This document shows positions 14,205 through 26,735 of a stretch of 64,000 nucleotides of DNA, piece by piece; positions within the stretch are counted from its first letter, which is position 1, and each line of letters starts with the position of its first letter. Below the pieces are notes generated by a model. That model saw nothing but the letters and a program-made list of their open reading frames with translations, was not told where the DNA came from and did not search any database. Source of the DNA: Botryllus schlosseri (taxonomy: Eukaryota). Where the stretch lies: the NCBI GenBank assembly GCA_051294905.1, contig CM119372.1:20338001-20402000 (forward strand), given 5' to 3'. A program made the position numbers and the translations under genes.

Positions 14205-14665
14205 AAATTACCATTTTCACCTGGAGGCCTGCCGTTTCCTGTAGTAACAAACCTTTTTCACTTGGAAATATATTTTTTCTCTGGTTAACAAACCTTTTTC
14301 ACTTGGAAATATATTTTTTCTCTGGGCAACAAACCTTTTTCACTTGGAAATATATTGTTTCTCTGGTTAACAAACCTTTTTCACTTGGAAATATATTTTT
14401 TTTCATTAACAACAAACCATTTTCACTTGGTGGTCCGTCGTTTACCCGAGTAAAAATATCATTTTCCTTTGGAGATCCGGCGTTTACCCAGTGTAACAAT
14501 ACATTTTCACTTGGAAAAATACTTTTACCTAGAGTAACTAGTCATTTTCTCCTGGGTAACAAACCCCTTTCGTCTGGAAAACTATCATTTGCCTGAGTAC
14601 CAATACCGTTTTCACATGGAAATCTATCTTTCACCAGGGTAACAATATCATTTTCGTTTTGAAAA
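14205..14665. repeat. ~42-bp minisatellite in the left arm (mirror copy ~20380-20840)
   Basis: Repeated AACAAACCTTTTTCACTTGGAAATATATTTTTTCTCTGG. Confidence 0.85.
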
Positions 14666-15244
14666 CTGACAACCACACCGGACAATTTGATATTTTTGTA
14701 TATTGTTACAACGGACAGTGACAAAATACACACCAACAACGACGCCGATACATTTGTCTAATCAAATATTCACTTGCTCTGATGCACCCCATCAAAATCA
14801 TTGGTTACTCACATACAATAACAATGTGCTGTTGTACATCGACATGTATGTTTTCGGAATTGGCGAATAAAGGGGTTTCCGATATGTCCGTGATGTCCGG
14901 GTTCGTGCTTTGGATTTTCCAGAGTCAAAATGTCTGAATAAAACACCTCCTCGACTTTGGTAACTGGTTGATAAATGGATAGTGGTGTTCGCACAACGGG
15001 TGAAGTTATGTTCCCCATCGCGCTAACAACTCCGGGTACTTGTGAGTTTCCTCAGGTCTGTTTACTATATTGGGTCTTTACTGATCAATACATATTGCTC
15101 CAGTCAGCTGAAACCGGATCACTAATATGTGTGTGGGGGCCTGATCCGGATATTCACTCATGAACCAAAGACCAATATTCAAGTAAACATGTTACAGACC
15201 GTGTTTTGTCTCCATGAAAAATACCAATGCATACACCATCACAT

Positions 15245-18200
15245 TATAGATAACTAAGGTAAACCGTAGATGCGACACTCGCGAGCATCACGTAACGTCA
15301 CGCTCCAATTATACTCTACGGCACTGTTGTTGTTTTGCTTGGCGCTTATGCAGCAGGAGGCAGATTTCAGGATTAGGATGGTAATATCTATCCATGGGGT
15401 ATGTTTAGCGAGTAGCTGCTCCGTATGGTTACTAACCGAGCTTATTGGATCCATGCTACACAATCTGTGCTAGGAAAACGAGCAATCGAATACAATTTTA
15501 AAGTCAATAAATACGGCTGCCCGAAGCGGATTTCCAGTATCTCAAGATTGAAGTTCCTTGGTGTAAGGTGTCGCATTGAAAGTGATGACTCGGACGTCTA
15601 ATAATCTATCCGCATTTCAGCTGACGCAGTCTCGATCCCTTCAAATTCTGTAGATACCGGTCTGTTGCTTAACATGGAATCACGCCGTATCTAATAACAA
15701 TAGGAATTTTTATTACTTGACAGACGATTATTTGTTTGAATCTAATTGCAACTGTTGCGACTTGGCCTAGGCAGGCAGATTTGATTGAGACTACTCACTG
15801 CTGATCTTATTCAAGATCTGCTGAATAATGTACAATGATATGGAGGACAGGAGAGTGACGACAAGGAAGCAAGTGGCAACTGGTGATAACTGATAAGAGT
15901 CTGGAACCTAGTGCATTGCTCAGAATAGCCACAATACTACTGCCTACCATCTATCTTCATTCAATAAGTCTGTAATGGAATCAGGCTGTCCCAATGCGGC
16001 AAGCAGAAGATTGATGGAAGTCGATGTGAATTTCAGTCGAAGCAGGTGATAACGCAGAAGCATTTCACGCATGGGACTATTTCTATGAAAGTTTATCAAG
16101 GATCAAATTTATCAAACGTTTTGCTCGGCACAATGAAGCTAATGAGTCCAGTCAAAGAAGAAGAAACTTTAAGGAGGAAAATTTTGTGCGTTGTGAGCAA
16201 AAGTCTTCACTACATTGCATGGGCACTTTCAACAACACATGTGGCCCTCTCGGAGGAGAACACCGCGGTTTGGAAATTGTAAAATCTGCATTGCAATTTC
16301 CAACCACGTGGCTCCTTCATTTCATTTATGAAGAGGAAGGCTTGGCCAAATATTCATATTTTGGAGGCAAACAAACCCGATACTGAAGTAGAAATGATGT
16401 TAATTTCATCTCAAACGCAAGTAAAAGTAGCGATTTCCAATAAGGCTGAGTTTAGAAGTAGTCAAATATCATAACCATGCTAGTAAGTCTTACAAGTAGG
16501 TTACTTGAGTACTTTGAAAAAGTAGAAGTATTTCGTCACTATCCACCTGTTGGAATCTGCCAAAATATATCTGACTGTGACATAACCAACAGTCCATGTG
16601 TTTCTGTTTTATGTGCCATATTTCGTGATTTATTTTCTATATCATCATGAAGGAAGCAATAAAATGCGATTTTACCAAATTTGTCTCACCTGGGAGAGCC
16701 TAACAAGGATTACAGAACCGAATCAATGGTCATAAGTCACAGAGTAAGGGAGTGTCTATATTTCCATCAAACCGAAATACATAACAAATAAGGCAGCATC
16801 AATAACGACATGGAAGATATAGCCTACACATGCGCAATACTAGGATAGGAATGAGTGATGTGACCTTATCATTCAACTTGTCGGATCACACCCACATCAA
16901 ACATGTTGTACACTGTCTCATCTGATTGTATAACTAGTCATAAACATATATGATTAGAATAATGTAAGGGTTAAGTAGGTTAACAGTAATGATATGACGA
17001 CAAGATGAAGATTTTCTACATCCATCATACGACTGTTCACGGATATATGTTGTGACAGTGAATTACAAATGAGAGACCCCGAGTGGACAATAGATTTCGA
17101 GCCAGGTTACTATTAGATGCAGATAACTATAGATTTGCCCGTTGACAACGATCTTGTAGTATGAGAGTGAAAATATTTGTGTGTAACTATTATCTTGTAG
17201 AATTCAATGCTTAATGAGGGTAGGTGACAATCTGGTACGTAGAGGTGCTCCTACATCTGAAAGCAGACGGGCTGCGAATCCCGCCGGTTGAACTGCATGT
17301 TTTGAAAATACTGGGTGTCAAAAATATGGCAAATAGAAGCCGCCTTACGGTAACAAATCATCCAGTTAAATTATGACAAATGTGAAAAATCATTTCACTG
17401 ACAGCTTAAACGATGAAATTGACATTGCGCTGATTTTATGGAGTTTTGTGCTTCTGAGATAAATTCCAGCGGTGATTTGGATATCTGACTGTGGAGTTAC
17501 GCTAGTCACTCCATCATGCAGGCATTCATTGAGTCTCTTTGGCAAAGCTGTGCAATAATAGAGGGATCATCAATGATGTTACGTAGGTCTTATGTCACAC
17601 AAATTTCACAACCTTTACTTTCATCCTCTTCGACTGGACTCAGCATCGTCATTTAGTTTCATTTTGTCGAGAAGAAACTTGGTCCTTGATAAATTTTTAT
17701 AGAAATAGTCCCATGCATGAAATGCTTGGTGGGATCACCAGCTTTGACTAAAATTCGTACCAAAATCCATCAATTTTTTGCTTGTCATATTCGGATAGCG
17801 TGATTCCATTACTGACTTCTTGAATGAAGATAGCTGGTAGGTGGTATGATAGTGACCCTTGTATAAATTTCATATCCAGCAACCACTTGCTTCTTTGCCA
17901 TCATTGTCCTCTATGTCATTGGACATTATACAGCAGATAACATGGTCAGTGAGCAGTGACTTTCAATCAAATCCACCTTCATCGGCCAAGTCACAACGGT
18001 TACAAGTAGATTCAAAGAATTTATCCTCTGTCAAGTATAACAATAATTCCTATTACTACAAGGCGCGATTCCATGCTAAGCGGCATGACGGTATCTACAG
18101 AATTTTAAGGGGCCGAGCCCGCGTCAACTGAAATGCGGTTTCTTATTCTGATTGATATTATACCAACACGTCATTAGTAGTATAATTACTTTCAATACGA

Positions 18201-18521
18201 CACCTCGGAACTTCTATCTATAGAGAAACAAGAAACACGCTTCGGGCAGCCGTATTTAATGGCTTCAAAGTTGTATTCGATTGCTCGTTTTCCTAGCACA
18301 GATTGTGTAGCATGGATCCAACAACCTTGGTTAGTAACCATACGGAGCAGCTACTCGCTAAACATACCCCATGGATAGATATTGCCATCCTAATGCTGAA
18401 ACCTGCCTCTTGCTGCATAAGCGCCAAGCAAAACAACAACAGTGCCGTAGAGTATAATTGGAGCGTGACGTTACGTAATGCTCGCGAGTGTCGCATCTAC
18501 GGTTTACCTTAGTTATCTATA
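15245..18521. mobile_element. Foldback DNA element with long TIRs and 7-bp TSD (possibly P/Galileo-like), no recognisable transposase
   Basis: Termini TATAGATAACTAAGGTAAACC / GGTTTACCTTAGTTATCTATA; TSD ATCACAT (15238-15244, 18522-18528). The empty site is present in the right arm at ~19795-19810. Outer ~280 bp near-identical; diverged inverted similarity continues ~0.9 kb inward. Superfamily assignment is an inference from TSD length. Confidence 0.85.
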
Positions 18522-18726
18522 ATCACATACAAGTAACGTCACGATTGTTCACAAGTATTCGCGTAAACGAGGTGTACATACAATGTGTCGGTGTACAAAC
18601 ATCATGGAAAACAAATTCATGTTCTCAAGTATCATCATGCGACGACTCTGTACATTCAATGTGGGCATAGATGACACACGACATGATACAATGGACAGTG
18701 CATTATGTATACCGATATATTCTCAG

Positions 18727-19002
18727 TCAAATATGCGAACCGTGTACTATCACGCATCCCGATTTTCGCTGAATATCCACAACACCAACAAATCTGTACA
18801 TTTCTTTTCCCTCGACCTCGACGATAGAGTTGTCATCCCAATGTACCAATCGAGTGTATGGTTCATCAGGTGTAAAATCCAAATCAAATGTCACCAAGGT
18901 ATCGTTTTTCATTTTCAATATTTCCACCGCTGCATCTTGTCTGTGTCGTAAAACAACGGTGTGGGGCCAGAGGAATCTATGGACAGTTACGCGTAGTCCC
19001 AT
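18727..19002 (-). CDS. 91-aa orphan protein in the unique core of copy B (unknown function)
   Basis: Intact ATG-TGA ORF, homologous without gaps to ORF 476-757 (shared VLRHRQ, FTPDEP, KEMYR, IVHGSHI motifs). Confidence 0.65.
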   Translation of the reverse strand: MGLRVTVHRFLWPHTVVLRHRQDAAVEILKMKNDTLVTFDLDFTPDEPYTRLVHWDDNSIVEVEGKEMYRFVGVVDIQRKSGCVIVHGSHI

Positions 19003-19651
19003 ATTTACTCGTGGATATACTCAGGTAACGACAACGCTTTCTCAGCGGTCTGCGTGGGTGAACCGTTTCAATACGTAGCTGGATCAACTAGACCAAAAGT
19101 TTCCAACCGTGATTTATGTTGACCTGTCGAGTTACGAGATAGCACCCTCTTGCGGTGTGATTAACACGAAATAAGCCTTCAACTCACAGAGACACACCTT
19201 GGAGTACATTATCTAATCGTAATCGAACTCGAGATTCACACACACACAGAGTCCCTGTTTACGATTTCAATCCGGAGTCACTGCTCACGATGTTTATCTG
19301 TAGTCGTTATGTGGGAGTAGCGACATCCGACATATTCATCGCGTGAAAGATTGATAACGACGGTGATCGCCAAATACATAAAATTAGGTGAAACACTGCG
19401 GTCTCAGCAAAAAAGTTTGCAGGTTAGGACGACCAATACGTGGAGGGATTGAGCGAGTTACGCAACCCGATTATGTCGAAGTCTGGATCGCGATACAAGT
19501 CTACCTGAGAATCCGAACAATCTTGCAAAATCAAGGTGTGAACCCGTGAAAGAACTGTACTCGTGTGAGGTTCATTTTTCACAAGTTGGGTGGAGGTCGA
19601 TTCATACTAAGATCGTGTTACGTCCAATTATGGCAGCTTGTCTGTCCCCAA

Positions 19652-22600
19652 GTCATCTATGCCCACATTGAATGTACAGAGTCGTCGCATGATGATACTT
19701 GAGAACATGAATTTGTTTTCCATGATGTTTGTACACCGACACATTGTATGTACACCTCGTTTACGCGAATACTTGTGAACAATCGTGACGTTACTTGTAT
19801 GTGATGGTGTATGCATTGGTATTTTTCATGGAGACAAAACACGGTCTGTAACATGTTTACTTGAATATTGGTCTTTGGTTCATGAGTGAATATCCGGATC
19901 AGGCCCCCACACACATATTAGTGATCCGGTTTCAGCTGACTGGAGCAATATGTATTGATCAGTAAAGACCCAATATAGTAAACAGACCTGAGGAAACTCA
20001 CAAGTACCCGGAGTTGTTAGCGCGATGGGGAACATAACTTCACCCGTTGTGCGAACACCACTATCCATTTATCAACCAGTTACCAAAGTCGAGGAGGTGT
20101 TTTATTCAGACATTTTGACTCTGGAAAATCCAAAGCACGAACCCGGACATCACGGACATATCGGAAACCCCTTTATTCGCCAATTCCGAAAACATACATG
20201 TCGATGTACAACAGCACATTGTTATTGTATGTGAGTAACCAATGATTTTGATGGGGTGCATCAGAGCAAGTGAATATTTGATTAGACAAATGTATCGGCG
20301 TCGTTGTTGGTGTGTATTTTGTCACTGTCCGTTGTAACAATATACAAAAATATCAAATTGTCCGGTGTGGATGTCAGTTTTCAAAACGAAAATGATATTG
20401 TTACCCTGGTGAAAGATAGATTTCCATGTGAAAACGGTATTGGTACTCAGGCAAATGATAGTTTTCCAGACGAAAGGGGTTTGTTACCCAGGAGAAAATG
20501 ACTAGTTACTCTAGGTAAAAGTATTTTTCCAAGTGAAAATGTATTGTTACACTGGGTAAACGCCGGATCTCCAAAGGAAAATGATATTTTTACTCGGGTA
20601 AACGACGGACCACCAAGTGAAAATGGTTTGTTGTTAATGAAAAAAAATATATTTCCAAGTGAAAAAGGTTTGTTAACCAGAGAAAAAATATATTTCCAAG
20701 TGAAAAAGGTTTGTTGCCCAGAGAAAAAATATATTTCCAAGTGAAAAAGGTTTGTTAACCAGAGAAAAAATATATTTCCAAGTGAAAAAGGTTTGTTACT
20801 ACAGGAAACGGCAGGCCTCCAGGTGAAAATGGTAATTTTACATAGTTAAACGTCGCGGGTTCAGTGTCGTTGGTCTTGTTAAACGTTATCGCTTGACGTT
20901 GGTATACTATTACGAGTGTGAAAAGGCTATGCATGTCTTGTGCGGAGTATCGCGACAGTGAACATATTTTTGGTGTGACGAAACAAGATCGTTGTTTACA
21001 TGTTAATGCATTTCGATTACCGAGTAGCTGTACAACAGAGAGGAGTCTACAGTTAGTTCGTGTTGTATGACCCGACGAAAACCACGAGACCACATGTAAA
21101 TCTATTAGCACAACTCGATGATGTTGATATAGTGTTACTTGAATTAATTATTAACTATTTACACAACATAAAAATAAAAATTCATGTCGTAGTAAGTAAG
21201 TTTCTTGAACTCGTGCTTGATGAAAACGAATGGTGACAAGTATGCGTTTGTGTTTGAGTGAAAAATAATTATTTAGAGTAGTGACATTTTGCGACCGACG
21301 AATGCAAATCGATCATGATATTACAATAAACGCTTTCGTCAACATAACGACTTGGTGTAGAAATACTTTCACGTTTTTGAATAACTGGATTCTCGAGACT
21401 TGTTACTTGTACGATGTACCGTTGGTGTGCAAACTATAACGACCATTTTGTATGATAGTACGTTTAGCTGTTTTGTTGTTAGGTCAATCACTTGATGACC
21501 CAGCACTTTTTGTTAGCAAAGTAGATTGATTTGTGTGTAAGATGTAAGCACCGTAACTAGAAAACATATGTATTCTGTTGTTGGAGTAGCTGATTTATTG
21601 CTATGACATGGACATATCCTGAAACCTTGGTTGGTTTGTTGTCTTACGAAAGATGAGGTGACCTCGGTGTCGTAAATTGTGTTAACTAAACCCGGATGGA
21701 TACCACAATTGTGCTGGACTTACACATGGTATTCGCATACTGCACACATACAAACTTTTGTGTAAACAACTCTGATGTTTCTGTTGGTGCTAGTGCTGTG
21801 TTGAACTATTTGGTTCTTAAGACACATGGACAGTGTCCAATCAGACCATAAAGGTCTTGTGATATCGAAACAGTTTGTAGCGTCTAACCAACCATTCTCT
21901 AGTTTCGTAATGCGAGAATATCGAGTAAAGTTAATTACTTAGTGCGATGTTAATATCCTTCGTACTTTTGTAAGAGTTGTGGAGTAACATACCAAGTAAC
22001 TAGTTGACACAAACAAAATATTGAATGACTGCTAACGCATTGAGTTCATAATCCAAGAGGGTGAAATTTGTTTACTGTTAAACTAACATAACTCGTATCC
22101 AACGAAACAGATACAATCCGGTGATGTGATGTTGGTCAATATCCATTTTGTAAAGATTGAGTAAATCCTCTTCCGTCAGGTGGGTGTGGTTCAAATCAAT
22201 AGCATGTTACATATAAACATCATTTGTATTGAGGGTGATATTGTTGAGTGATGATGCCGCAACAACACAACAAGTATTATTTTGTATCGTGTGTTTGTGC
22301 TTTAGGAATAGCGAAGTGTGTGATATTTTGGATATCTGTGTTCGGCTGAAACTAGGGTTGTCCTTGGGTCTTGTGTTGGGTAAATCAGAACTACGTCTAG
22401 AATTCAAGCACGTCCAAGTAACGTCTTTTAGTGACAGAGTATTGTGATGACATTTACTTTAGCGAATGACAACGGAAAAATTTCCAATTTCTCTGATCGT
22501 GTGTGTGTGTGTGTGTGTTTTACAAATAATTCCAGTACACCTAACTATAGGACACATTTAGTAATCATCGTGCTAATTGTTTCTTTGTGATGGTGACGAC

Positions 22601-25600
22601 TTTCGGCGGCTTAGTTTCATGTCGGGAATTATTATTTGAGGGTTCAAAATCAATTTCAATCAATACTAGAAATGAACAACAATGCAAATCACGTTTAGTG
22701 AATAGCAGTGTAGCAAGTACTTTTTTGATATTACGAGTGTTGGGCACTAGACACTTCTAGTTGAATTGGATGCATCTAACAAACATATCACAATTTACTT
22801 TTACAATAATCAAAGTCTTAGAGTGTATAACCTCGCGATATTTTACATTTAGTACGCACAATGGGGAGTTACTGAAATGATTAAGAATTGATCGCTAGCT
22901 TCGAACGGTACTCGATACTCAAAGTGATATTTTCATACTCTGTAAAGTGCATATGTTTCAATTCTCTGTCACAAATTCCGACAGTAACGACATCGATGTT
23001 AAATCCTCACCCGTGGTTATTGTAAGTGAATCCTAAACATCGAAACAGTCGGTATGGAAATCGAACGCGTGCGTACTTTGAGATAGGCGACACTAACAAG
23101 TTTATTACACCCGTGAAATACTCTGAAACGTCGATTCGTGATTGTGTTAGCTATATTCATCTTCCATATCTGTGGACACAAAGATACCTTGACTTTGGTT
23201 ACAACTCACTCGAAACGAATTGTCGCGGGTAATCTAAAAAAAGCACAAGTCGAAGACGAATGATTTGATTTCAATAAACTGAAAAATTCCTTTTGTTTTG
23301 ATGTTGGATTTAATACAATTTGTATGACTATACCGAATCCGAATCCGAAAGTGAAATGTTACTTTAGTAGAAAAATTGGATGACTCACATTTTGATATTG
23401 ATAGATGTGTAGAGTAATATGACTAGTTTATAAAATCTCGGTAATGTTTTTTTGTCATGTCTGTGATCAACAAATATGTGATCAAGTCTTACCATTCGAT
23501 ATTAACTTTCGCAGTCGGTGTAATTTGTTGAAGTGACAATACCGACGAGTTCAATAATATTCTCCATCGATGCATTCGAATAATCCGTCAGCTGTAAGCG
23601 GGTTTAAAACTTGATGCTGTTTCGCGGTTAACTCAAGTCAGTGGTCGTGTTAGTGTTGATTTCAGGAATGATCATGACGAGTTGCCTGGGTAGATTAGTT
23701 AATGTGGTTGTAACTACGACCGTAAAGAGTTGCTGACATCCCAATATCTTTTACGCTGTAATATACGGATTTAATTGTGATAAATTAATTCTCAGTTATT
23801 GTTCAGACATTCAAATCTCGTATACTCAAAATATAATATGTCCAAGTCAAATCGTATATGCACCGATTAGTAAATACTTTGTCTGCAGAATAGTAACAAC
23901 CTTTACAATTGAATAAAAAAGACCGAGCATACGAATACAACCAGGATGAATTAATTCAAATTTATGAGTTGCAGTGATATAATCAAGTAAGTGAAAACTA
24001 GATTTTTAACAATTGTTAATGTTGTGAATAATTCTTTTGAGTATGGTAAGATGTTAAAATATCTCTTTGACAAACGGAAAGCAGGATCGTGAATAGAGTT
24101 GTAATGTTACATTACTTGTTTCAAAGTATAATCTTGAAATGTGGCTGGATCAAAGTTGGTAGTCATGTTTGTCAATCCTATTTCAATTCACACTATGGTA
24201 AAGTCCAAATATTTCATTTTGGATTATCTGGATTTAGCTTTAGTACACCCCGCGAATGGATTCCGACACCGTACTACAACCTTTTTGATAACAAGGACTC
24301 GAGGATTTTCAATCAACAATACTGGAATTTTTTGATAATGTTAGAGCTGACAAATGATTAGTTGCGTGTTTTTGTTAAGAGTTTGATTTCGTGTTGATAA
24401 AGACAATAACTGTATAATGCACATACTTGTGATTCTTGATTCTTGTAGAGTTATAGTTGGTATTGATTCTATAAGTGTGAAAACAGCGGCGCGGAATGTG
24501 CGAATAATTCGATGCGGCTGAAAGTCGGCGTCAGTAATATTCGGGTTACGGTCGAATCAAAAGATTTCTCAAAATAATCAGAATTGTACCGAATTAACAC
24601 ATTCAGACACGAATCAACTTGAGTTGTGTAGTAAGTTTCATTTCAAGTTGACAAATTGACACATTGATTGAATATTCTCATAATTCTTAGCGTGCAACTA
24701 AATTCAGCCACTGTTCGAAGTGTCAAAACATATAGCGACCACCAGAAAGCGTCAAATTGTTGGTTTTCGATCACCGTCTACGCCGGTTCTGTGACAAACT
24801 AATTACCGAAATATTACCTTGTGAGCGGGTATGAGGGATTGTCTGAAGCATTATCCGGTGAGTGGTCGTTGGATTTGAAAATGATATCACACCCTTTTGA
24901 ATAAGCGTTCACTTCACAAAGGATTAGGGTTAGAGCGGAAATAAGTGACAATTTGTCGCTATTCAAGTTACCGACACTGGCGGTCTGTTATTCGTTACTT
25001 ATTAAATCTTACGAGTGAAATCAAGCTCTGTGCCAAACTGCTTACGAAAATTTCACCGCGTGAGTGATCGATATCCCTGTAACACTAACTCACTAAAGAT
25101 GGTTATGTCCGAGACATTATCTTGTGGGCGATTGCGGGGTTCGTTATATATTTCACACCTATTTGAAGTGTTAGTTTGTGAACGCGGTTATTGTTGATAT
25201 TCGTATCGCCGTCTACGCCGGTACTGTGGTAATCTAATTACCCAAACATTACCATGCGACTGATTCCTAGATTTAGCAAACTATTTTCACGCCTTTTTTG
25301 TTGAAAGTACGACATTCCGCCTGCAGTCTATACCCGAAAGTACGAATCATCGCCGCGTCCATAAGAATAACGATATATCATTGTCGTACTCGCCGTAATT
25401 TGGAATATACACATTAACTAAGGACCAATCACATGACTATTTACTTGATACATATTCAACACCGGGCGAGAGATACCTATACCCGAAAGGGCGATTCACG
25501 GCCGCACCCATAAGACACAATAGCCGCATGCCACCCCCGCCATAAAAATAACGATATATCATTGTCGTACTCACCGTAAACGTTGGGATTAACTCGAATC

Positions 25601-26087
25601 GGTCATATTTAATAATTTGTAATATACACATTAACTAAGAATCAATCACGTGACTATTTACTATTCCTGATACTTCTTCAACACAGCGCGAGAGTTGACT
25701 ATACCCGAAAGTACGAATTACCACCACGGCACCGGTTGAGTGATCCCTATACCGAATAGTGTTACCGGTCGAGAGATGGCTATGCTAGCACCGGTTGAGT
25801 GATCCCTATACCGAAAATGGTCACCGGTTCAAGACGAGTTTCGAGGCACCGGTTGAGTGATCCCTATACCGAAAAGGGTTACCGGTTCAAGACGAGTTTC
25901 GAGGCACCGGTCGAGTGATCCCTATACCGAAAAGGGTTACCGGTCGAGAGATGCCTATACCAACCCAGGCACCGGTCGGGTGGAAGGGGGGTCTGAAAGG
26001 GTCACCGGTTCAGGACGAGTTTCGCGGCACCGGTCGGGTGCATCCATAAGAACCAATGGCCCGTCACGAGCGATCATACTAACTACT
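19652..26087 (+). repeat. Right inverted arm of copy B (6436 bp)
   Basis: Begins GTCATCTATGCCCAC (reverse complement of 18661-18675) and ends ACTAACTACT followed by the TSD. Confidence 0.95.
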
Positions 26088-26441
26088 TACATGCTTGGGC
26101 AGCCAGGGGGTCGAGTTTGCGAACCACTGCGTTAGATGGTGGTCCAGTAACCTCGATCCCTGATTCGTATTTAGCATTTCCTATACGTTGCAGCCTTGCT
26201 CAAGTGTTCATTCTTATCTCGGCTAGGCCAGGGGTGCTCAACCAGCGGACGTACGGCCTCATTCAGCCGCAATTTTGCGACCTTCTACACATATTTAAAT
26301 TAGCGTGTGTTGGCGGCCGTCATTATGCAACCAATTGTTGCTGGTTCGAGTCTCGGATCTGCCATGTTTCTATGTGTCGGAGGTTTATCTAGGCTCCTCG
26401 TCGCCGACCCCTGTTAACGTAGCGTCTTGAAAAGCCTAGAA

Positions 26442-26735
26442 CAGCGGTTCCCAACCTTTTTCGACTCATCGCCCCCTTTTCAAGCTCAACGCCGATCATC
26501 GCCCCCAAAATTTTGTGAACCGAAAAACCGGTATACAAACAGTAATCACCGGCGGGTTGACTAAAAAAAAGGTCATTTCTCCGACTTGACTCCAACATAG
26601 CCGTTTTATCGCGTCATCGCCCCCTTCGCTATTTTCACCCCCCGTCGTCCCCTTTGTCCATTTTCGCCCCCCTATCGCCCCCTTCGCCATTTTCGCCCCC
26701 CTAGACCGCGATATCGCCCACGTTGGGAACCACTG
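26442..26735. mobile_element. hAT-Charlie MITE (294 bp)
   Basis: TIRs CAGCGGTTCCCAAC / GTTGGGAACCACTG; perfect TSD GCCTAGAA (26434-26441, 26736-26743); internal ATCGCCCC repeats. Confidence 0.92.

Larger units (their letters stand above)
8951..18675 (-). repeat. Left inverted arm of copy B (6441 bp, interrupted at 15245-18528 by an insertion)
   Basis: Reverse complement of 19652-26087. Differences seen: scattered SNPs, (AC)14 vs (AC)10 microsatellite, one 3-bp complex indel. Confidence 0.95.
8951..26087. mobile_element. Polinton/Maverick-type element (copy B) with ~6.44-kb terminal inverted arms and a 976-bp unique core; no recognisable pPolB, integrase or capsid genes
   Basis: Starts AGTAGTTAGT, ends ACTAACTACT; perfect 6-bp TSD TACATG (8945-8950, 26088-26093). 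8951-15244 plus 18529-18675 is the reverse complement of 19652-26087, with mirrored ORFs in the ORF track. Confidence 0.88.

Noticed and set aside
13700..14230. Long + frame interrupted only by TAA/TAG (possible alternative genetic code or decayed gene)
   Set aside because: TAA/TAG density is about what AT-rich random sequence gives, the lack of TGA is not striking across six frames, and no protein motif is recognisable.
15950..16390. Overlapping ORFs inside the foldback element as a transposase remnant
   Set aside because: No THAP, DDE or other recognisable motif in any + frame I translated.
8951..26087. Giant inverted repeat as an assembly or amplification chimera
   Set aside because: A matching 6-bp direct TSD on both flanks, arm-specific SNPs and indels, an insertion in one arm only, and TIR/TSD continuity of the host hAT element all argue for a real structure. 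Long-read confirmation is still advisable.
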